Assembly (NCBI GenBank): GCA_944392255.1 | Contig: CALXVY010000001.1 | Location: forward strand, 47,367-111,366 | Source of the DNA: an uncultured Alphaproteobacteria bacterium | GTDB taxonomy: Bacteria > Pseudomonadota > Alphaproteobacteria > RF32 > CAG-239 | Length of the DNA: 64,000 nt | Direction of reading: 5' to 3' | Shown: positions 9,868-20,335 of the stretch, in pieces | How positions within the stretch are numbered: position 1 is the stretch's first letter | How the letters are laid out: each line of letters opens with the position of its first letter | The notes under the pieces: model-generated | What the model was told of the DNA's origin: nothing | Seen by the model: the letters and a program-made list of their open reading frames with translations, nothing else | Databases searched by the model: none | Program-made: the position numbers and the translations under genes

Positions 9868-10377
9868 ATGGTAACAAAAGCAGACAAAATGGTTTTCAGA
9901 GCCTTAAAAACCGCCGTAGAAAAAGACCAACTTCGTTTATACATGGACTATGGCAAAGTCAACCGCCCCGGTTCACCGATATATAATCCTTGGGAATGTC
10001 TGTTACCAATACTTATTCCTGTGCTCATAGGATTAATGCTGATAATTTTTGTCGGCGTCATTTTTGGCTTATTATTCATTGTTGCCATGATAATGGTTTA
10101 TAGCACATATTTTAAGAAAAAACTCTATCACAAAGTTATAGAAAGAACTAAAGCTTATCTTATTTCATCTTTTGACAATTGTGAAAATTTATGGAAATTC
10201 GGAGGCATTGTCTTAGTTAATGCAGAAAATAAAAAACTCGGCTGTGTTGCTCCCGAAGGAGATTGGAAAGAATTTGTCATATTAAATTTTTCTGATTATA
10301 TGTTAGAAAAAAAACCGGAAGAAACAAAATCAGAAGACAAAAAAGCAGATGAAGAAAAACCAACCGAAAATAAGTGA
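9868..10377 (+). CDS. Hypothetical membrane protein
   Basis: Two hydrophobic helices, GAGG RBS, embedded in the mltA-smr operon. Confidence 0.75.
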   Translation: MVTKADKMVFRALKTAVEKDQLRLYMDYGKVNRPGSPIYNPWECLLPILIPVLIGLMLIIFVGVIFGLLFIVAMIMVYSTYFKKKLYHKVIERTKAYLISSFDNCENLWKFGGIVLVNAENKKLGCVAPEGDWKEFVILNFSDYMLEKKPEETKSEDKKADEEKPTENK

Positions 10378-10891
10378 AGAAGACTTAAATCTTTGGCAAG
10401 AAACCACCAAAGACATACAAGCTTTGCCACAAATAGAAGAAATTGAACGCCCAACAAAAGAATTACCGCCCATACGCAATAGCATAGATAATTCTACGGT
10501 TTATCAAGGCAATAAATTAACAGATTTAGCCATCGGACAAATTGCCGACTTGGATAGGAATACCGCCACAAAATTCAAGCGTGGTGAATTTAAAATCGAA
10601 AGAAGATTAGACCTACATGGCTATACCGAAGATGAAGCTTGGAATGCCGTAACAAACTTTGTCAAAAATGCTTACATAGACAATTTGCGTTGCATATTAA
10701 TTGTCACCGGCAAAGGTCGCCCTCACCCCGAAGATGAAGACTTTATGCCTCGCCGTGGAATTTTAAAAGAAAAAGTGCCGCAATGGCTCAATTCAAGAGA
10801 ACTAAGACCTTTAATTTTGAGTATCAGCTATTCACAGATTAAAGATGGTGGAGAAGGCGCTTTATACGTCCTTCTCAGAAGAAAAAGATAA
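10349..10891 (+). CDS. Smr/MutS2 domain protein
   Basis: RLDLHG, LIVTGKG, GGEGALYVLLR. Confidence 0.93.
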   Translation: MKKNQPKISEEDLNLWQETTKDIQALPQIEEIERPTKELPPIRNSIDNSTVYQGNKLTDLAIGQIADLDRNTATKFKRGEFKIERRLDLHGYTEDEAWNAVTNFVKNAYIDNLRCILIVTGKGRPHPEDEDFMPRRGILKEKVPQWLNSRELRPLILSISYSQIKDGGEGALYVLLRRKR

Positions 10892-11608
10892 CTATTGCTT
10901 GTTTTCAGCTTCCGGCTCTGCGAGCCAAATAGCTCCTTTTATTTTGTTTTGTAAAAATTCATTATGAATATTAATTTCTTCTTCAGAAAGAGGAAAATGG
11001 CGAACTTCTCTAACTTTTCCTTCTGCTCCGAATTGAACCTCTGCTGTTTGCTGAGTTGCTTTTTTCTTTTCATCAAACATCATGGCCGGTTCTTGACCGC
11101 CAATCAATTGCAGATAAACCTCAGCTAAGAGCTCAGCATCAAGCAGAGCACCGTGTTTGGTACGATTGGAGTTATCAATATTAAAACGCTTACAAAGTGC
11201 ATCCAAATTAACGCGCGCACCGGGAAACATATTACGGGCAATTTCCAAGGTATCAATAACCTTATCCCATGTAAACTCACGTTTATTTAAAGCTTTTTGC
11301 TCAAAGTTACAAAAAGTGATATCAAATTTAGCATTATGAGCTACCAAAATGCCATCTTCTCCGACAAAATCGAGCCATTCATCAACAATTTGGTCAAATG
11401 TCGGAAAATCTTTCAAAAAGTCATAAGACAAACCATGAACTTTAAAAGCATCTTCGGGAACTTCTCTTTGCGGGTTAATATACTGATGATAGACTTTGCC
11501 GGTGGGAACATGGTTAATGAGCTCTACTGCACCGATTTCAACCAATCTATCTCCCTTATCAGCATCAAAACCGGTCGTTTCCGTATCAAAAACAATCTCT
11601 CTAACCAT
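10892..11608 (-). CDS. dnaQ: DNA polymerase III epsilon subunit
   Basis: DTETTG, VAHNAKFD, HGALLDAELLAEVY. Confidence 0.97.
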   Translation of the reverse strand: MVREIVFDTETTGFDADKGDRLVEIGAVELINHVPTGKVYHQYINPQREVPEDAFKVHGLSYDFLKDFPTFDQIVDEWLDFVGEDGILVAHNAKFDITFCNFEQKALNKREFTWDKVIDTLEIARNMFPGARVNLDALCKRFNIDNSNRTKHGALLDAELLAEVYLQLIGGQEPAMMFDEKKKATQQTAEVQFGAEGKVREVRHFPLSEEEINIHNEFLQNKIKGAIWLAEPEAENKQ

Positions 11609-12194
11609 AATTTTTTCCCTTCAAACCTTTAACAATTTCCAAAGCTGAAACTTTGAGCAAATTAAGCGGTACATCTGTTTCCACCACCCAATCTGCTTTT
11701 GCAACTTTTTCCTTTTGGCTCATTTGCTTACTAATGATTTTATCAACATGCTCTGCAGAAACCTTATCTCTTTGCATGACACGCTGTTTTTGCAACTCTT
11801 CATCAACATTAACGGCAATAACAAAATCACAATATTTATCCCAACCAAGTTCAAACAAAAGCGCGGCATCTAAAAACAAAATATCGTCTGTTTTAGCATT
11901 TTTACGAATAAGTGCTTTTAATTGTCTTTTTAAGAAGGGATGAATCAAACTCTCTAACTTTTGCAATTGTTGTTTATCATCAAAAACAAGCAAACGCAAT
12001 TTTCTTTTATCAAAAACCCCATTGTTTTGGGCTTGCGGAAAGTTTTGCAAAATTACTTTAATAAACTCCGGCTTAAAATAAAGTCTTCTCACCCAAGCAT
12101 CAGCATCAAAAACAGGATATCCGAGTTTTTTAAATATATTAGCCAAAGTAGTCTTTCCACACCCGATAGAACCGGTAATCGCCGCCAAAATCAT
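11601..12194 (-). CDS. coaE: Dephospho-CoA kinase
   Basis: ITGSIGCGKTT, DAD, LESLIHP; start moved to MILAAITG (12194). Confidence 0.93.
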   Translation of the reverse strand: MILAAITGSIGCGKTTLANIFKKLGYPVFDADAWVRRLYFKPEFIKVILQNFPQAQNNGVFDKRKLRLLVFDDKQQLQKLESLIHPFLKRQLKALIRKNAKTDDILFLDAALLFELGWDKYCDFVIAVNVDEELQKQRVMQRDKVSAEHVDKIISKQMSQKEKVAKADWVVETDVPLNLLKVSALEIVKGLKGKNYG

Positions 12195-12229
12195 AATCTG
12201 AGCCTTAACCATTTGATAAATAAAACAAA

Positions 12230-12610
12230 ACGGAGTTATTAACAGAATATTAACTTTTTGTGCATAACTACTCCGCCTCATAGTTCTTATACAATTTAAT
12301 CCGCATTTTGCAAAATCCAAACTCAGAGTTATATACAGGCATCAAAACTTATCCTCCCTTGTGGATATTTAAAAAATCTAAAATTAAAGTTTTGAATCCG
12401 TTAATGGTGTTTATGGGGTTGAAAAAGAATCCAAAAAACTAAATTTTGTTAATCATTTGTTAACGATTCGTTTTAAAGCAAGGCAATGTGGACAACTCTG
12501 TTTATGAAAACTTATCCACAAAACTCACAGGGATATACAAATAACTACAAAAATTTAAAAAATACATTGTTAGCCCTGCGGGGCTGTTAATAAAAAATTA
12601 ACTTTAATCT
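12230..12610. other. oriC: Chromosomal replication origin (oriC)
   Basis: Perfect DnaA box TTATCCACA 12512-12520; variants tgtgcataa 12259-12267, tgtggatat 12360-12368, tgtggacaa 12487-12495; CtrA-type TTAA-N7-TTAAC at 12239, 12449 and 12587; GANTC at 12395, 12427 and 12465; canonical position next to coaE/rho/mnmE/parAB. Confidence 0.85.
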
Positions 12611-12783
12611 TTAATATAATCTCGGCAGGTAATCATATTTTTTACATTCCTCTCTTTTGCCAAATTTAATTGACAAAAATAAAATAAAAGAATATATACA
12701 AATTACCTACCAAACATATTTATTAAAAAGATTTAATAAATTCTTAAATTGCAGAAATTTATTCCCAAAAAGTTAAGGTAAGC

Positions 12784-14037
12784 ATGAATTTAAAAGACTT
12801 AAAGCAAAAATCCCCAAAAGAACTCTTAACAGAGGCCGAGGACCTTGGTATTGAAGATGCTTCTTCAATGCGTAAACAAGATTTAATGTTTGCAATTTTA
12901 AAAAAAGTTGCCAGTGAAGATAATATAATTTATGGAGAAGGTACAATCGAAGTTCTGCAAGATGGCTTCGGTTTTTTAAGATCCAGCCAATCAAATTACC
13001 TTGCCGGTCCGGATGATATTTATGTTTCTCCTTCTCAAGTTAAAAAATTTGGTTTAAGAACCGGCGATACTGTTGAAGGAGAAATCAGAGCTCCTAAAGA
13101 CAATGAACGCTATTTTGCTCTTACCAAAGTAAACCGAATTAATTTTGCTGATCCTGAACTTTCCAAACTCCGAATAAATTTTGATAACCTTACCCCCCTT
13201 TATCCTACTGAAAAATTAGATTTTGACATTATTTGCGGTGACAAAGACTATACCACCCGCGTAATTGATTTGATTGCCCCACAGGGTAAAGGTCAACGTG
13301 GTTTGATTGTAGCGCCGCCGCGCACCGGTAAAACCGTTATGCTGCAAAATATAGCTCATGCCATTGCCACCAATCACCCTGAAGCATATTTAATGGTTTT
13401 GCTTATTGATGAGCGTCCGGAAGAAGTTACTGACATGATGCGTTCTGTTAAAGGTGAAGTTATTTCTTCCACCTTTGATGAGCCGGCATCTCGTCACGTT
13501 CAGGTCGCTGAAATGGTTATTGAAAAAGCCAAGAGATTGGTTGAAACCAAAAAAGATGTTATCATTTTGCTTGATTCTATTACTCGTTTGGGTCGAGCAT
13601 ATAATACGGTTATTCCATCATCAGGTAAAGTTTTGACCGGTGGTGTTGATGCTAACGCTTTGCAGCGTCCAAAACGCTTACTTGGTGCAGCTCGAAATGT
13701 TGAAGAAGGTGGTTCTTTAACCATTATAGCCACAGCTTTGATTGATACCGGTTCCCGCATGGATGAAGTTATTTTTGAAGAATTCAAAGGTACCGGTAAC
13801 TCAGAAATTATTTTGGATAGAAAATTAACCGATAAACGTTTGTTCCCGACCATTGATATTACACGTTCGGGTACACGTAAAGAAGAATTGTTAGTAGATA
13901 AAGCCACCTTGTCCAAGATGTGGGTTTTGCGCCGTGTCTTGATGCAAATGGGCATGACCGATGGTATGGAATTCTTGCTTGATAAGCTTAAACAGAGCAA
14001 AGATAATCAAGATTTCTTCAATAATATGAATTCTTAA
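12784..14037 (+). CDS. rho: Transcription termination factor Rho
   Basis: [45 protein letters not shown]. Confidence 0.99.
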   Translation: MNLKDLKQKSPKELLTEAEDLGIEDASSMRKQDLMFAILKKVASEDNIIYGEGTIEVLQDGFGFLRSSQSNYLAGPDDIYVSPSQVKKFGLRTGDTVEGEIRAPKDNERYFALTKVNRINFADPELSKLRINFDNLTPLYPTEKLDFDIICGDKDYTTRVIDLIAPQGKGQRGLIVAPPRTGKTVMLQNIAHAIATNHPEAYLMVLLIDERPEEVTDMMRSVKGEVISSTFDEPASRHVQVAEMVIEKAKRLVETKKDVIILLDSITRLGRAYNTVIPSSGKVLTGGVDANALQRPKRLLGAARNVEEGGSLTIIATALIDTGSRMDEVIFEEFKGTGNSEIILDRKLTDKRLFPTIDITRSGTRKEELLVDKATLSKMWVLRRVLMQMGMTDGMEFLLDKLKQSKDNQDFFNNMNS

Positions 14038-14044
14038 AAATTAT

Positions 14045-14070
14045 AAAAGCTCCTGAAAAGGAGCTTTTCT
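14045..14070. terminator. Bidirectional intrinsic terminator after rho
   Basis: aaaagctcct-gaaa-aggagctttt. Confidence 0.75.
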
Positions 14071-14071
14071 T

Positions 14072-14743
14072 TTAACCAAAAATGAAATGATAAATTTCAT
14101 CCATAGTTTTGCATATATGTTTTATGCCTAAAGCTTTGACCTGAGAAATATATTCTTCATTGTTGTTCATTTTGCTTCCGACAAATGCAATCGTTTCCAT
14201 TTGGGCAGCCAATCCGGCTTTAAGTCCAGCAAGAGAGTCTTCAATAACCAAGCAATTTTCAGGTTTTTCGCCCATTTTCTTGGCTGCAAGTAAAAATAAA
14301 TCCGGCGCCGGCTTACCCTGAGCAACCATTTCAGAAAGAAAGACTTTATTCGGCGTAAAAATATTATCAATTTTAACCGCCTTTAGCTTCATTTGGGTTT
14401 TTTCTTTGGTACCTCCGGTAGCAATACATTGTTTGATGTCCGTTCTGGCAAAAATTTTCTTAATATCAGGTGTGAGAGAAATTCCTTTACTTAAAACTTG
14501 CAAATCTAACTTTGTTCCTTCGTCTTCAAATTTTTTATCAACATCAAATCCCATTTTTTGCAAAGTATGCAATCTTGTGGTCCAATGCATGCCGCCTAAG
14601 TAATGGTTTGTAGTTTTTAAATCCCAATCAATATTAAAATATTTTTTAAGGAGTTGACGGCGATTTTCCATCCATAAACATTCAGTATCGGCAATTACAC
14701 CATCAAAATCCCAAATTATCAATTTTTTAGAAAATCTTGTCAT
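14072..14743 (-). CDS. HAD-IA family phosphatase
   Basis: WDFDGVIAD, GKPAPDLF, VIEDSLAG. Confidence 0.92.
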   Translation of the reverse strand: MTRFSKKLIIWDFDGVIADTECLWMENRRQLLKKYFNIDWDLKTTNHYLGGMHWTTRLHTLQKMGFDVDKKFEDEGTKLDLQVLSKGISLTPDIKKIFARTDIKQCIATGGTKEKTQMKLKAVKIDNIFTPNKVFLSEMVAQGKPAPDLFLLAAKKMGEKPENCLVIEDSLAGLKAGLAAQMETIAFVGSKMNNNEEYISQVKALGIKHICKTMDEIYHFIFG

Positions 14744-14941
14744 AATACAATTTATCGTAGAAAAAATTGAGTCCGTTAAAAGCCCGTAGAAGCATTTTTA
14801 AAATATTCTATGATAGTTTTATTAAAAAAATATAAACCCCCTCTCCAAAGTCAAAAAATCGGCTTTTTTTTTGGAGTCGTTTTTTAAAACTTGCTTTCAT
14901 CATACAATCTCGCTATAAAAACAGCATAAGGAGATTTAAAA

Positions 14942-16285
14942 ATGACAAACCAAACCATTTATGCTTTATCCACTGTTTACGGAAAGTCCGGTGTGGCTGT
15001 GATTCGCATTTCAGGAACCAAGGCTTTAAAAGCCATTGAGTTGATGACAAGTATTGATGTAAAGAACATCAAGCCGCGCTATGCTTATTTTTCCAAATTG
15101 CATAATTTGGATAAAACCGAGAATTTGGATGAAAGTTTGGTTTTGTATTTCAAAGCACCAAATTCGTTCACCGGAGAAGACATTGTAGAATTTCAAACGC
15201 ATGGTTCCAAAGCTGTAATTAGCTCAGTAATGAATTGCTTAAGCCAAATAGATGGTTTTAGAATGGCCGAACCCGGAGAATATTCAAAACGCGCCTTTTA
15301 TAATGGTAAAATGGATTTAACCGAAGCCGAAGGTTTGGCTGATTTGATAGATTCTGAAACATCAGAGCAACAAAAATACGCCATGAGACAAATGGAAGGT
15401 GGGTTAAAGAACTTATATGAAAACTGGCGTGCCGAGTTAGTTAAGATGTTGGCGCACCTAGAAGCATTTATAGATTTTCCCGATGAAGATATTCCCTCCT
15501 CTGTTATTGATAATATGAATAACACTGTATTTAAACTCAAAAACGAGATAAATAGCCACTTGAACAGTGATTCAATTGGCGAGAGATTGCGTGAAGGTTT
15601 TAGAGTTGTGATTGTTGGTGCGCCTAATGCTGGAAAGTCAAGTTTATTAAATGCCATTGTCAAAAGAGATGCCGTAATTGTATCAGATATTGCCGGCACC
15701 ACCCGAGATGCCATAGATGTTCACTTAGATTTAAATGGTTATCCGGTAATGTTTACCGATACGGCAGGATTACGAGAAACAGAAGAAGAAATAGAAAAAA
15801 TGGGCATTGATATTGCCTATAGCAAAATTCATGATGCTGATTTGGTAATTTGTTTGTTTGATGCTTCTGTGGACACTGTTCAAGTGTTTGATAAGATAAA
15901 AAATTCATTTAAAAACAAAGCCTTGTTTGCTGCCAATAAAAGTGATAAATTAACATCAGAACAATGTTCAAAATTAGAAAAGTCAGGTTGTTTGGTTATA
16001 TCGGCTAAGCAAAAACAAGGCGTTGATAAAGTTTTACAAGCCATTTCAAAAAATATTGAAGAACGTTTTACTTCTAACTCCAACCTTTTAATCACCAGAA
16101 GTCGTTATAGAGAAGCTTTGCAAGATGTTTTGGAAAATTTGCAGAACTTCGGCTTTAATAAAGAGATTGAATTAACAGCAGAAGATGTTCGCCTTGCTGC
16201 GCGCGCTTTGGGTAAAATTACCGGAAGAATAGAAGTTGACGAGATTTTAGATAAAATCTTTGGTGATTTTTGTATCGGTAAATAA
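14942..16285 (+). CDS. mnmE: tRNA modification GTPase MnmE
   Basis: FTGEDIVE, GAPNAGKSSL, GTTRD, DTAG, NKSD, FCIGK. Confidence 0.98.
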   Translation: MTNQTIYALSTVYGKSGVAVIRISGTKALKAIELMTSIDVKNIKPRYAYFSKLHNLDKTENLDESLVLYFKAPNSFTGEDIVEFQTHGSKAVISSVMNCLSQIDGFRMAEPGEYSKRAFYNGKMDLTEAEGLADLIDSETSEQQKYAMRQMEGGLKNLYENWRAELVKMLAHLEAFIDFPDEDIPSSVIDNMNNTVFKLKNEINSHLNSDSIGERLREGFRVVIVGAPNAGKSSLLNAIVKRDAVIVSDIAGTTRDAIDVHLDLNGYPVMFTDTAGLRETEEEIEKMGIDIAYSKIHDADLVICLFDASVDTVQVFDKIKNSFKNKALFAANKSDKLTSEQCSKLEKSGCLVISAKQKQGVDKVLQAISKNIEERFTSNSNLLITRSRYREALQDVLENLQNFGFNKEIELTAEDVRLAARALGKITGRIEVDEILDKIFGDFCIGK

Positions 16286-16384
16286 TTGTCATAATTTTTT
16301 CATGATTAAAACATTGACGAATAAAATGTTTTGTCTTATAAAGCAAAAACATTTTATATTATTGTTTAACTAAATTTATGTGTT

Positions 16385-16834
16385 ATGGAAAAGGATTTTA
16401 ACTATTCTGTTTTACTTGGATTAAAAACTTATACAGGTTTTATTTTTAATCCTCTGAGATTGTATGAAATTTTTTATGATGAAAATTCTGAGCGAAGAAC
16501 AGTTACAATAGACACTATATTAGCCACACCGGTGTTTGCTGATTTTGTAAAAAAAGCAAAACCATTAGGAAATGGATTTTTTCAGGCAAATGCTTTTAAA
16601 CATATTTATCAATTAGACTTTGATCAGAAACGTATTTTAGTTTTACTGAAAGAGCTTTTTATAGCTATCGTAGAAGATTTTGAAAAGTCTTATAATGAAA
16701 ACGATCCCTATTATAGTTACGTCTATGCAACACTGATACTTTCAATTATTTTGGCAATGCCGGCATATTTTGAAGATGCCTTGATTTTCAAATTTGTGCA
16801 TTTTTGCCGAAGAAATTTCATATTGCATATCTGA
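16385..16834 (+). CDS. Orphan hypothetical protein between mnmE and mnmG
   Basis: 149-aa ORF with own TTGACG-17-TATAAA promoter and downstream terminator; no recognisable motif. Confidence 0.6.
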   Translation: MEKDFNYSVLLGLKTYTGFIFNPLRLYEIFYDENSERRTVTIDTILATPVFADFVKKAKPLGNGFFQANAFKHIYQLDFDQKRILVLLKELFIAIVEDFEKSYNENDPYYSYVYATLILSIILAMPAYFEDALIFKFVHFCRRNFILHI

Positions 16835-16851
16835 AAATTAAAATTCTTAAT

Positions 16852-16881
16852 AAAAGACCGTTTCCAAACGGTCTTTTTTTT
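16852..16881 (+). terminator. Intrinsic terminator
   Basis: aaaagaccgttt-cc-aaacggtctttt followed by T tract. Confidence 0.75.
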
Positions 16882-16961
16882 ATGGCTTTTATTGATTTAT
16901 AATTTTTTTTGATTATAATGCCGGCAAGAATCAAATAAAATTTTTTAAGGCCTTATAAATA

Positions 16962-18809
16962 ATGAATAAAATTTATGATGTAATTGTAGTCGGCGGAGGA
17001 CATGCCGGCTGTGAAGCTTGTGCTGCGGCCGCCAGAACCGGAGCCAAAACTGCTTTAATAACTCACCATATAGATACAATTGGAGCCATGTCTTGCAATC
17101 CGGCTATTGGCGGTTTGGGTAAAGGGCATTTAGTTAGAGAGATTGATGCGCTAGATGGCCTGATGGGACGAGTTATTGATAAAGGTGGCATTCAGTTCCG
17201 TATGCTTAACGCTTCCAAAGGTCCGGCAGTGAGGGGTCCACGCGCGCAAGCAGATAGAGAATTATATAAAAAATATATGCTTGAGGCTTTAAGAGAACAA
17301 GATAATTTGGATATTATTGAAGCAGCTGTCGAAGGTCTGATAATCAAAGACAACCAAGTTGAAGGTGTTATTTTGGCAACAGGTGAAGAAATAAAAGCCA
17401 AAGCTACAGTTTTAACTTCAGGAACATTTTTAAATGGTGTAATGTTTGTTGGCCATGAAGCTACGATAGGTGGTCGTATTGGTGAAGAAAGTTGCACAGG
17501 TATAACACCGTATTTAAAGCAATTAGGCTTAAAAGTAGGCCGCTTGAAAACCGGAACCCCTGCCCGTTTGAACGGTAAAACCATTCATTGGGAAAAGTTG
17601 GCTACACAAGATGGAGATAATCCTCCAGTTCCATTTTCTTATCTAACAGATAAGATTACCAATCCGCAGATTCAATGTTATGTCACTCATACCAATGAAA
17701 GAACACACAAAATAATTCGCGATAATTTTGATAAATGTGCTTTGTTTTCAGGGTTAATTACCGGCATTGGTCCGAGATATTGTCCAAGTATTGAAGACAA
17801 GTTAGTGAAGTTTGCGGATAGAACCAGCCACCAAATTTTTTTGGAACCGGAAGGTTTGAATACGGATGTTGTTTATCCAAACGGCATTTCAACCTCTTTG
17901 CCGGCTGATGTTCAAGATGCTTTCATTCATACTATGGAAGGCTTGGAAGATGTTGAAATTTTGCGTTATGCTTATGCCATTGAATATGACTATGTTGATC
18001 CGCAAGAATTGGATAACAAGTTGGCTGTTAAAAAAGTTCCAGGATTATTCTTGGCCGGACAAATTAATGGTACCACAGGATATGAAGAAGCCGGTGCGCA
18101 AGGTTTGGTTGCCGGTGTTAATGCTGCATTATATGCCGAGGGTAAAGGTCGAGAATTTGTTGTTGATAGAAGTGAAGCCTATATTGGTGTAATGATTGAT
18201 GATTTAATCACCAAAGGTGTTGATGAACCGTATCGTATGTTCACTTCTCGTTCAGAATATCGTTTGTTCCTGCGTGCTGATAATGCCGATCGCCGTTTGA
18301 CTGAAAAAGGACATGATATTGGCTGTGTTGGTGAATATAGATACAGTGTATTTAAAGCTAAAAAAGAGCAAATTGAGCATTATTCTGAACTTTGCCATAC
18401 TTTACAAACAACCTATAAAGAAATTGATGCTTTGGGGTTGAATGTCAAAAGAGATGGCACCAAGAGAACGCCTTTTAATTTGATGAGTTATGAAGACGTT
18501 TCACGTGAAACAATCAATAAACTTTTTCCTGAATTGGTTGATATGCCGGATGTTGTTTATGAAGCCATTGAAATTGAGGCGCGCTATTCAGGTTATATCA
18601 AACGTCAAATGGCAGATATTGAAGTTTTCAAAAAAGACGAGAACCTCAAATTGAAAGAAGACATTGATTATAGCAAAATTGGCGGTCTGTCTCGAGAAAT
18701 GGTAGCCAAGTTGAGCAAAGTCAAACCATCAACCATTGGTGAAGCCTCACGTATCCCAGGGGTGACCCCTGCAGCAATTACAGCTATTTTAGGATACGTC
18801 AAGAAATAA
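16962..18809 (+). CDS. mnmG: tRNA uridine-34 carboxymethylaminomethyl modification enzyme
   Basis: [53 protein letters not shown]. Confidence 0.99.
   Translation: MNKIYDVIVVGGGHAGCEACAAAARTGAKTALITHHIDTIGAMSCNPAIGGLGKGHLVREIDALDGLMGRVIDKGGIQFRMLNASKGPAVRGPRAQADRELYKKYMLEALREQDNLDIIEAAVEGLIIKDNQVEGVILATGEEIKAKATVLTSGTFLNGVMFVGHEATIGGRIGEESCTGITPYLKQLGLKVGRLKTGTPARLNGKTIHWEKLATQDGDNPPVPFSYLTDKITNPQIQCYVTHTNERTHKIIRDNFDKCALFSGLITGIGPRYCPSIEDKLVKFADRTSHQIFLEPEGLNTDVVYPNGISTSLPADVQDAFIHTMEGLEDVEILRYAYAIEYDYVDPQELDNKLAVKKVPGLFLAGQINGTTGYEEAGAQGLVAGVNAALYAEGKGREFVVDRSEAYIGVMIDDLITKGVDEPYRMFTSRSEYRLFLRADNADRRLTEKGHDIGCVGEYRYSVFKAKKEQIEHYSELCHTLQTTYKEIDALGLNVKRDGTKRTPFNLMSYEDVSRETINKLFPELVDMPDVVYEAIEIEARYSGYIKRQMADIEVFKKDENLKLKEDIDYSKIGGLSREMVAKLSKVKPSTIGEASRIPGVTPAAITAILGYVKK
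18497..18512. promoter_or_regulatory. parS: parS site inside mnmG
   Basis: cGTTTCACGTGAAACa, 15/16 match to TGTTTCACGTGAAACA. Confidence 0.85.
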
Positions 18810-18904
18810 AATTATAAATTCGGAGCGGAAAACAATTCCGCTCTTTTTTATTATAATTTACCAAAAATTAAAGAGCAGACTTTATAATAAACATATTCTA
18901 TATT

Positions 18905-20335
18905 ATGGAGTCTGCAATGAGTGAAAATTTCTTTATTCCTGATAGTCTGATAATTAATGGCGGTAATCCGATATCTGGAGATATCAAAATAAGTGGTGCT
19001 AAGAACTCAATTTTAGGTTTGATGGCCGCAGCATTATTGACAGATGATGTTGTAACATTACGCAATGTCCCCTATATAACCGATGTTTTGGAAATGGGGC
19101 ACATTATGCGTGATATTGGCGTAGATGTAGAGTTTAATCCTCAAAAAAGAATATTAAAATTGCATGCCGCAAAAATTGTTAAAAATGAAATTTCTCATCA
19201 AGCAGCACATTTCAGAGCAAGTTATTATCTTTGGGGATCATTGTTGGCGCGTTTTTGCCGTACTAAAGAATTTGATAGCCTGAAAGTTTGTCTTCCCGGA
19301 GGATGTTCTTTTGGCGGAAAAAGACCGACGGATTTTCATGAAGAATTGATTAAAACTGTTTTTGGTGCAACAATCAGTCTTGAAACCAGAGAAAATGAAA
19401 AATATTCATATTTAAATTTTCAGCTTCCTAAAAATGAAAATCCTGATTTATGTCCGGTTTATACAACATTCAAAGCTTCTCACGGAGCAACATTTCACTG
19501 GTTATTGTCAGTGGCTGGTTCCGATAACTGCAAAATGATGTATAATGCATCTTTAGAGCCGGAAGTTTCCAATCTGATAGCTATGTTGCAAAAAATGGGC
19601 TTAGGCTTAATCGGAAGCGAAAGAACAGGTATTATTTATGATGGAAAAAACAGAAAGTTGCTTAAAGGGGTTGATTTTGAGGTGATTCCAGACAGGTTAG
19701 AAGCCGCAACCTATGCATTACTCACATTATCAACGCGCGGAGCTGTAGAACTTGATGGCATCAAATTAGAACATTGTTCTCCATGGTTGGGACAATTGGA
19801 GCGCATGTTTTCGCGCGGGATATATTATTCGACAGATAAGAAAAAAGTTTATTTAGATTTTAGAAAAATAAAACCATATGACGGTTTTATCATGCAAGTC
19901 ACCCCCTTCCCCGGATTTGAAACAGATTTACATCAAATTTGGACACCTGTTTTAGCTCAAGCAAAAACAGAATCAATTATCTCAGATTTAATCTGGGCTG
20001 GAAGATCTGCACATCTTAAACAAATGGAAAATTTTGGCTTACGAAGCAAATTTTATCAGTTTGATGTTAATAGCGGGCAGCAAGGAAGTATAAAAAACTT
20101 ATATATAAACATTGAACCATCAGAATTGCATGCAGCAGAAGCAGAAGGCACAGATTTAAGGGGGACAATGGCAACAATAATGTTGGCAGCAACGGTAAGC
20201 GGAAAAAGTAAAATAAATAATCCGAGTTTTGCATTGAGAGGGTATCCAAACCTGCTTAAAAATCTACAAGACTTAGATGTAGACATTCAATCATCAAAAG
20301 AAGGAAGAGAAATTCAAGCATTACCGGAGATTTAA
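18905..20335 (+). CDS. murA: Divergent UDP-N-acetylglucosamine 1-carboxyvinyltransferase (MurA family)
   Basis: ISGAKNS, RAS, LPGGCSFGGKRPTDFH, EPEV, IPDRLEAAT, PFPGFETDL, DLRG, RGY. Confidence 0.8.
   Translation: MESAMSENFFIPDSLIINGGNPISGDIKISGAKNSILGLMAAALLTDDVVTLRNVPYITDVLEMGHIMRDIGVDVEFNPQKRILKLHAAKIVKNEISHQAAHFRASYYLWGSLLARFCRTKEFDSLKVCLPGGCSFGGKRPTDFHEELIKTVFGATISLETRENEKYSYLNFQLPKNENPDLCPVYTTFKASHGATFHWLLSVAGSDNCKMMYNASLEPEVSNLIAMLQKMGLGLIGSERTGIIYDGKNRKLLKGVDFEVIPDRLEAATYALLTLSTRGAVELDGIKLEHCSPWLGQLERMFSRGIYYSTDKKKVYLDFRKIKPYDGFIMQVTPFPGFETDLHQIWTPVLAQAKTESIISDLIWAGRSAHLKQMENFGLRSKFYQFDVNSGQQGSIKNLYINIEPSELHAAEAEGTDLRGTMATIMLAATVSGKSKINNPSFALRGYPNLLKNLQDLDVDIQSSKEGREIQALPEI

Noticed and set aside
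12195-12320. ORF-track N-terminal extension of coaE
   Set aside because: Extends into DnaA/CtrA boxes; CoaE normally starts just before the P-loop.
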